This document shows, piece after piece, positions 18,537 to 24,564 of a stretch of DNA of 24,564 nt. The notes under the pieces are model-generated. The model saw nothing but the letters and a program-made list of their open reading frames with translations. It ran no database searches and had not been told where the DNA came from. Location: positions 1-24,564 of the forward strand of contig JAYGDX010000079.1 in assembly GCA_046582655.1 (NCBI GenBank). Direction: 5' to 3'. The position numbers and the translations under genes were made by a program. Position 1 is the first letter of the stretch; each line of letters starts with the position of its first letter. The DNA is from Candidatus Poribacteria bacterium (GTDB lineage: Bacteria; Poribacteria; WGA-4E; UBA9662).

Positions 18537-19526
18537 CTAGGTCTTAATCTCAGCATCAATAGTATGGTAACCAGTTGCACCGCCGTTTTCAGCGTCGAAA
18601 CCATTTACTTCCTGAATAGTTCCGTTGTTGGCCGTTGATCTGGCACATATCTCGATTTCATCTGGTTGATTAGGTACTTGCCAAGTATATTTCCAGAGAT
18701 ACCAAGTCAAAGGTGAATCCTCGGCCCAAATTTCGGCGGGTTCCCAGTTAGTTCCACCATCAATGCTAACTTCAACAGATTTGATACCACCGTGGTTTCC
18801 ACTATCAAATGCGGCTCCACTAATTGTACAAATCGATCCAGTTTTAATCTCGCTACCATTTTCCGGAGACCTGATTACCGTTGCCAACTTGACCCGCGCG
18901 ATCGGATCCCACCCCTGGGCTTCCCAGTAACCAACATGTTTTTCAGCCAGCATGATGTTCATAATCCATTTGGGGTTCTTGACGCCATAGTGCCCTGGGT
19001 TGAGAAGCCGAACTGGATAGCCATGATCAACGGGCAAATCGTCACCATTCATCTTGTAAGCCAAAAGTACTTCTTTTCGCATTGCCCGTTCAATCGGTAC
19101 GGCTGTATGATAGCCGTCAGCACAGCGAAAAACAACGACTTTCGCTTTCGGTTTGATACCCGCGTTGGCGAGAACATTTCGCAATGGAACACCTGTCCAC
19201 TCCGAATTGTTCATCTGTTCGGTTCCTATTGGATCCCCTATGCATTTTAGCGTCCGTTGCGTGGTGACCGATTCCATTTTCAGAATCTGCTGATAGTTTA
19301 GAGCAATCGGCTTCGTAACCAAACCAGTTACAACCATTTGCCAATGATCCGCCTTGATTTCCGGAGCTTTATCGATTTGGAGAATGTAAAAGTCAGCATT
19401 ATCTGTAATTATAGTAGCTGGATTTAGATCAAACACCGGTTGGCCTTCAGCGTTGATGTACCGGACTGGCATCATCATGCCAGCAGTCGTCACACCGATA
19501 ATTTTAACGAACTTTCTTCGCTTCAT
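18537..19526 (-). CDS. Tat-exported sulfite oxidase family molybdopterin oxidoreductase (Moco domain plus dimerisation domain)
   Basis: Twin-arginine MKRRKF leader, TLKCIG (Mo-ligating Cys), WTGVPL, LAYKMNG, HGYPVRL, GVKNPKW, VEVSIDGGTNW. Confidence 0.9.
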   Translation of the reverse strand: MKRRKFVKIIGVTTAGMMMPVRYINAEGQPVFDLNPATIITDNADFYILQIDKAPEIKADHWQMVVTGLVTKPIALNYQQILKMESVTTQRTLKCIGDPIGTEQMNNSEWTGVPLRNVLANAGIKPKAKVVVFRCADGYHTAVPIERAMRKEVLLAYKMNGDDLPVDHGYPVRLLNPGHYGVKNPKWIMNIMLAEKHVGYWEAQGWDPIARVKLATVIRSPENGSEIKTGSICTISGAAFDSGNHGGIKSVEVSIDGGTNWEPAEIWAEDSPLTWYLWKYTWQVPNQPDEIEICARSTANNGTIQEVNGFDAENGGATGYHTIDAEIKT

Positions 19527-19596
19527 TATTGCTCTATCTGATTCCCTACATTCATACTTTAAAAATGGTGTGGGAAATTGTTACAATTCATTCAAC

Positions 19597-20868
19597 TTAA
19601 ATTCCCAGTTTCTGGCGAAGTTGTAAATAGCCGAAGAAAACAAATACAGCTAGGATAACGACAAGAGCTATAACTGTGATGACACGATTTCGATGTGGTC
19701 CTACCCAAACCGATCGACCGTTAAGAATCAATAATACCACAGCCAAGAACGGCATAAACATAGCCCCAAAGATAGCATATACTTTTTGGACCTGTTTAAA
19801 GCTGAAAAACAACCCCACCATCGGAACAATTGCAATTGCAAATAGATACCCTCGATAGGGTAAGCTTTTCGTATCGACTTCCGTGGCATAAGTCGAATCT
19901 CGGTCTCTCGCTTGTATCAGATCCCAGAAATCAGCAAAAATATATGGTACTGACTGCCAAACGCCCAGTAGGCTGCTGAATATCGCTCCCCAAGCACCGA
20001 TTAAAAATGTCCATCTGCCGACTGATCCCAAGGACCCCTCCAATTTGTCGGCTAAATCGACAATCAGACCGGCACCTGTTCCTTCAACTTGAATTGTACT
20101 TCCAATAATAACCATGGATATGCCAAAGATGGCTGTTGCCACATAGGCGAATCCGAGATCTATCCGGCAGGTTCCCAGTTCTGATACTTCTGTTCGTTCT
20201 TTCTCACGCATCCAGTAACCATAACAGAGGACAGTTAGCGTTCCTCCAACACCACCCATCAGTGCTATTGTCCATCCGAGGCCGCCTGATCCAATCTGCG
20301 GTATTCTGGGGATTAACAATCCTGTTACAACATCCCCCCAGTTTTCACAGATTATCACCGCAGTGAGAAGCACGCAAAAGAACATAAAAATGATACAAGC
20401 GTTCATAACCTTTTCAAACAGAACAAACCCACCAACCAGTACCAACATAACACCAATCAGGCTATGGATAATCCCGAAGAAAATCTTCCCTTGTGAGGCT
20501 TGATCGAAAATGGGAACAATCGCATGCATGGCCACACCGCAGGCACTCATCAACGCCGACCCGACAAAGAAACTCCATAGCAGCAGGTATGGCAGAAAGA
20601 TAAATGAAATCACGGGGCCCAGGCGAATTACCGCTCCTTCAAGAAGTGTTTGTCCGGTTGCTAACTGCCAGCGGGCAAGACCTTCATTCAGTACGAACTT
20701 CAGAGATGCTCCCAGAAGAACTACCCACAGAATAGTGACCCCCAGTTTGTTTCCGGTAAACGCGGCTGTGGCGAGATCTCCGGCACCGACTCCAGTTGCT
20801 GCCACCAACAGTCCTGGTCCAATAGTTATCAGGAAAGACCTGAATGACGAATTACTTGATCTATTCAT
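19597..20868 (-). CDS. NRAMP-like (SLC11/APC fold) membrane transporter
   Basis: IGPGLLVAATGVGAGDL, EGLARWQLATGQTLLEG and about 11 hydrophobic segments. Lacks the canonical MntH DPGN motif. Confidence 0.8.
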   Translation of the reverse strand: MNRSSNSSFRSFLITIGPGLLVAATGVGAGDLATAAFTGNKLGVTILWVVLLGASLKFVLNEGLARWQLATGQTLLEGAVIRLGPVISFIFLPYLLLWSFFVGSALMSACGVAMHAIVPIFDQASQGKIFFGIIHSLIGVMLVLVGGFVLFEKVMNACIIFMFFCVLLTAVIICENWGDVVTGLLIPRIPQIGSGGLGWTIALMGGVGGTLTVLCYGYWMREKERTEVSELGTCRIDLGFAYVATAIFGISMVIIGSTIQVEGTGAGLIVDLADKLEGSLGSVGRWTFLIGAWGAIFSSLLGVWQSVPYIFADFWDLIQARDRDSTYATEVDTKSLPYRGYLFAIAIVPMVGLFFSFKQVQKVYAIFGAMFMPFLAVVLLILNGRSVWVGPHRNRVITVIALVVILAVFVFFGYLQLRQKLGI

Positions 20869-20927
20869 AATTTACCTTTGGTTTTCAATTATTAACTGCG
20901 TACGACAAGATCTTAAGATGAAGCGGA

Positions 20928-21752
20928 TTAGGCGAGGCCTAGTATCCGGCGTGCATCATTGGGCGTGGCAACTTCCTGTTGAAGCTGACCGACCAACTTG
21001 ACAGCCATTTCCACCATTTGAGCGTTACTTTTGGCCAGAACACCTTTTCGCAAATAAATGTTGTCCTCGAATCCTACTCGAATGTTGCCTCCTAAGAGAA
21101 TCCCAAGTGTGATCATTGGTAATTGTGTTCGACCAACTCCCAAAACCGACCAGGGAACGTTCGGTGGGAGTTTATTCTTCATAAACAGTAAATTTTCTGG
21201 TGTTGCTTCAATTCCCCAGCCAACACCCATACACAATTGAAAATAAGGAGGATCATCGATTAAATCCTCTTCAATCCAGTACATAGCTTGACGGATATGT
21301 CCAGTATCAAAGACCTCGATTTCGGGTTTAACACCACTTTTACGCATCCGCAAAGCTGCAGATCTACCCCATTCCGGAGAATTAACAAAGGCTCGATGCG
21401 GAAAATTTACCGAACCAATGTCAAGCGAGCAGATTTCCGGTTGTAATGTTACGGGTTCAAGTCTTTTATCAATAACGTTTGTATCTTTGATATTCAATCC
21501 GCTGGTGGTCAAGTTGATGAGCATATCGCACTCTTGCCGAATGCGATCAACGACTTCTCGAAATAACTCAATTGATGAATCTGGTTCTCCTGTCTTGGGG
21601 TTGCGTATGTGGATGTGCGCAATAGCCGCGCCACTCCGACAACATTCTATTGCTTCCTTGGCGATTTCCTCTGGTGTATATGGTACTGCGGGGTTCATCT
21701 TTTTGGTTGGCATTGAACCTGTAACTGCCGCTGTGATGATCGTTTTGTTCAT
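20928..21752 (-). CDS. Beta-keto acid cleavage enzyme (BKACE/Kce, DUF849 family)
   Basis: [22 protein letters not shown] (Zn ligands), [21 protein letters not shown]. Confidence 0.92.
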   Translation of the reverse strand: MNKTIITAAVTGSMPTKKMNPAVPYTPEEIAKEAIECCRSGAAIAHIHIRNPKTGEPDSSIELFREVVDRIRQECDMLINLTTSGLNIKDTNVIDKRLEPVTLQPEICSLDIGSVNFPHRAFVNSPEWGRSAALRMRKSGVKPEIEVFDTGHIRQAMYWIEEDLIDDPPYFQLCMGVGWGIEATPENLLFMKNKLPPNVPWSVLGVGRTQLPMITLGILLGGNIRVGFEDNIYLRKGVLAKSNAQMVEMAVKLVGQLQQEVATPNDARRILGLA

Positions 21753-21793
21753 GGTCTTAACCTCTCAGTGTCATACAATTGCCTCGTTGTTTT

Positions 21794-22495
21794 TCAGTCT
21801 GACAGTAGGACTTCTGTTAGTTGGGTAAAGTTGCTGACAGTTGAATCGGGTTGATAATCTGTGTCCTCATAGGGCAACTGGTAACGATTCACGAAAACGG
21901 CTCGGAATCCACAGGCTTTTGCTCCCATTACGTCAAACGAATTGGCTGAAACCATCAAACACTGTTGAGTTTCCAGACCGAGTATTGAAGCTGTACGCAG
22001 ATAGACACCCGGATGTGGTTTGAAAGCACCAACGGTGTTGACCGAAAATACGTGGTCGAACGGACATGAAACACGATTTTTGATCAAATGGTCTAAAAAC
22101 TCTGGGTCTCCATTCGACAGCACGACCAGCGTATATTTATCTGCCAGTTTCTCCAACGCTGGCAAAACCTCAGGAAACGGCGATAATTCCTGCCATGCCG
22201 ACATCAGTTTAGATACCACATCGTCTGTTGGTTCAATATCGTTTAGCCGTAAGGTATAGACTAGCGCTCGGCGTACGGTAGTCAGATATCCACTGTGTCC
22301 GAGTGACATGATGGTGTCCTGATATTGTTCGATTCGCTGACGGGCGCGCCATTGTGTCCACAACTTATCTCCGGTAACTTGTGCATCTTGAGCATCTAAG
22401 AACCGATTGATATGCGGTATTAAACTTCTTCCGAGATCCAAGATTGTACCGAATAGATCAAACGTCAAGGCCTTAACACTTGGCAAGTATTTCAT
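21794..22495 (-). CDS. Haloacid dehalogenase type II (L-2-haloacid dehalogenase family)
   Basis: FDLFGT (nucleophile Asp), WRARQ, LSNG, FKP, VY and SANSFDVMGA catalytic set. Confidence 0.88.
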   Translation of the reverse strand: MKYLPSVKALTFDLFGTILDLGRSLIPHINRFLDAQDAQVTGDKLWTQWRARQRIEQYQDTIMSLGHSGYLTTVRRALVYTLRLNDIEPTDDVVSKLMSAWQELSPFPEVLPALEKLADKYTLVVLSNGDPEFLDHLIKNRVSCPFDHVFSVNTVGAFKPHPGVYLRTASILGLETQQCLMVSANSFDVMGAKACGFRAVFVNRYQLPYEDTDYQPDSTVSNFTQLTEVLLSD

Positions 22496-22510
22496 TTCAT
22501 TTATCCTTTC

Positions 22511-22529
22511 TGTTATACTAAAAATTATA
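22511..22529. promoter_or_regulatory. Overlapping divergent -10 elements
   Basis: Plus-strand TGTTATACT (22511-22519) and minus-strand TATAAT (22529-22524) in the 47-bp gap between divergent genes. Confidence 0.4.
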
Positions 22530-22542
22530 CGACATTTGGGAG

Positions 22543-23598
22543 ATGGAAATGAATAAAAAACGTATCATCGCAGCTCGAGGAAACGGACGGGTTACGTTAG
22601 TTGAAGAGGTTATCCCGGAAATCAAGCCTGGTAGCCTACTGGTCGAAGTTCACAACTCATTGGTTAGTCCTGGCAGTGAAGTTGGTGGGTGGCGTAATTT
22701 GCATCATCAGCAATCGTCGTCATCGCCTGAGTCACAACCGCGTCCGTTTGGCTACGCCAACGCAGGTGTTGTCGAAGAGGTCGGAGAAAATGTAACTAAG
22801 TTCAAGCCTGGGGATCGTGTGGCCTGTATGGGAGGAGGATACGCGCTCCACTCAAATTACGCGGTCATTCCACACAATCTTTGTGTGGAATTGCCGGACA
22901 ATGTAACTTTTGTCCAAGGAGCCTATGGTCATTTGGCCGCTACTGCTGTGCACGTTTTTCGCCGTGGTCAGTCACATTTTGGTGAGTTTGCTGCTGTGAT
23001 TGGGCTTGGAGTCCTAGGCCAACTCTGTGCCATGATTCATCAATTAGCTGGCAGTTTGGTCATCGGTTGGGACGCGATTCCGTTTCGCACAGAAACGGCC
23101 AAAGACTGGGGGATTGACGCTGTTGCTGTTCCCAGACAAGAGGACGAGGTTGAAATTACTCGTGTTTTTACAGGTGGACATGGTTTAGATACCGCAGTGA
23201 TTGCCTTTGGTGGAGATGCCAATACGGCTGTCCAGCAACTGCAAAAGTGTTTTAAATGTTCTCCTGATGGACACCTAATGGGTCGATTGATGATCCCTGG
23301 TGGTGCTTGGTTCGATTTTCCCCGCACTATCACCAACATGGATATTTGCCGCGTTGGACGGACGGGACCGGGGTATCATGATGAGGAGTGGGAGTTTGGC
23401 GTTGACTACCCACCTGTTGTCATGCGGTGGACTACCCAAACGAATCTTAAATTGTGTATGCGTTTGATCTCTGAAGGCAAGTTCAACGTGGATGCGGTAA
23501 CCACACATAAGATTCCATTAGTGGACGTAGAATTGCGGTTGGCTGAGATCATTCAAGAGCCTGATAGGATGTTAGGTGTCGTTTTTGAAATGAACTGA
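22543..23598 (+). CDS. Medium-chain dehydrogenase/reductase (zinc-binding ADH superfamily, lacking canonical catalytic Zn ligands)
   Basis: SLVSPGSE, FGYANAGVV, FKPGDRVAC and GLGVLG Rossmann motif. GY replaces GHE and S replaces the catalytic Cys. Confidence 0.85.
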   Translation: MEMNKKRIIAARGNGRVTLVEEVIPEIKPGSLLVEVHNSLVSPGSEVGGWRNLHHQQSSSSPESQPRPFGYANAGVVEEVGENVTKFKPGDRVACMGGGYALHSNYAVIPHNLCVELPDNVTFVQGAYGHLAATAVHVFRRGQSHFGEFAAVIGLGVLGQLCAMIHQLAGSLVIGWDAIPFRTETAKDWGIDAVAVPRQEDEVEITRVFTGGHGLDTAVIAFGGDANTAVQQLQKCFKCSPDGHLMGRLMIPGGAWFDFPRTITNMDICRVGRTGPGYHDEEWEFGVDYPPVVMRWTTQTNLKLCMRLISEGKFNVDAVTTHKIPLVDVELRLAEIIQEPDRMLGVVFEMN

Positions 23599-23693
23599 TT
23601 TAAAAAAACAGATTCCTGAAGTCAGCACCATTTCATTTTCTCTTGTGGTATTGCTGCGGATATTCAGCGGTGTTTGAACCCTGTTAATTTTGG

Positions 23694-24563
23694 TCAGCAA
23701 GTGTTTGAGTTAGGGACGAGAGGCTTTGTGTAATCATCAATGGCATCCAGTCGTACGTTGCCAGGTGGCGTGGGGCCAATGGGGGCAACCGGAAGGTGAA
23801 TGCTCTGGTCAAGGAATATAGCGTTGGCAAAACGGGTTTTTCCCAATTCTTTTCCAGTAGAGATGAAGAATGGAAACAGATCTTCACCCACGGCTATTGA
23901 CATGTCTTCTATTGATTCTTGCCAAGTTAGTTGCCGGTTGGGATCTTGAACCCATCGCTTCGACTGCACCCAACGCCAACGCGGGTACCATGTTGGGCCA
24001 TAACGATCATCCAGCTTTTGCCAAATATACCAGATCATCAGTCGATCCCATCCAGTACGCCAATTGTCTAAGTGTGCCTTTTTGAAGATTTTCTCGGCCG
24101 TCTGTTGTGTGCTATCATATGACTCGTGCAAAACCTCTTGACATCCGCGGTTTGGTCCTGACTCCCCGTTGTACTTAGCCACAATCTTGCCCTGTAACCA
24201 ACCTGCGTGTTCTTCTCCCTGGTTCCCACCAAAAGGATGGTTAGCGATAGTACCTCTAGGTCCTGGCATGGTATGCGCCTGCTCGTGGCCGAAAATGCTT
24301 CGGATGCCTTCTGGATTGGTGGAGATTGTACCGGTCTCTTTGGGGAAATAGATATTGATAGCCCACCCACCACCACCACCACTGCAAAGGATGAAGTACA
24401 TCGGTTCTTCCGGCTTCGGGGAAGGGAACCAATCGTAGAGGTCTGCCGTAATTGCTGGAAAGTCTTCCCTCAAAGTCATCAGTAGATTATTTGTCTGGTT
24501 CTTGCTATAGTAGCAGACGATTCCATCAAGTCGTTCTTCAGATTCCTGGTAGATTCCGCCTCC
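23694..24563 (-). CDS. Hypothetical protein with HExxH zincin-like motif, 5'-truncated by the window edge
   Basis: The frame is open to the window end (GGGIYQESEERLDGIVCYYSKNQTNNLLMTLRE). FGHEQAH is followed by QGEEHAGW. Confidence 0.6.
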   Translation of the reverse strand, partial: GGGIYQESEERLDGIVCYYSKNQTNNLLMTLREDFPAITADLYDWFPSPKPEEPMYFILCSGGGGGWAINIYFPKETGTISTNPEGIRSIFGHEQAHTMPGPRGTIANHPFGGNQGEEHAGWLQGKIVAKYNGESGPNRGCQEVLHESYDSTQQTAEKIFKKAHLDNWRTGWDRLMIWYIWQKLDDRYGPTWYPRWRWVQSKRWVQDPNRQLTWQESIEDMSIAVGEDLFPFFISTGKELGKTRFANAIFLDQSIHLPVAPIGPTPPGNVRLDAIDDYTKPLVPNSNTC

Positions 24564-24564
24564 T

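Noticed and set aside
18..24485. Short overlapping or antisense ORFs in the track (for example 20510..21001, 18792..19250, 12599..13018, 15934..16338)
   Set aside because: They are shadow frames of well-supported genes, with no motifs or RBS.

Overview
A 24.6 kb bacterial chromosomal window of moderate to low GC with no recognisable rRNA, tRNA, CRISPR or mobile element. The gene content suggests Candidatus Poribacteria (inference): a PhyH dioxygenase, DUF1080 and TIM-barrel sugar enzymes, a WD40-cohesin-dockerin-FlgD surface protein and an AVxPKGKLxTxW C-terminal tail. Core genes are a solitary divergent lpxA and an aroK-aroB-aroQ-(DapA-like)-efp-accB-accC operon. Accessory genes include a DHS-like/LarA-family pair and a minus-strand cluster of haloacid dehalogenase, BKACE, NRAMP-like transporter, Tat-exported sulfite-oxidase-family enzyme and rhodanese. 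The best find is that the two rhodanese ORFs (18134..18403 and 17939..18133) are one in-frame gene interrupted by a TGA in the active-site loop (YCS-U-MAEASSVRAA) with a SECIS-like hairpin. This implies a probable exported selenoprotein that also carries a putative C-terminal sorting motif. Two genes are clearly decayed pseudogenes: the WD40/dockerin protein and a long-chain acyl-CoA ligase. A perfect 16-bp inverted repeat with a third arm copy lies in frame inside the first gene.
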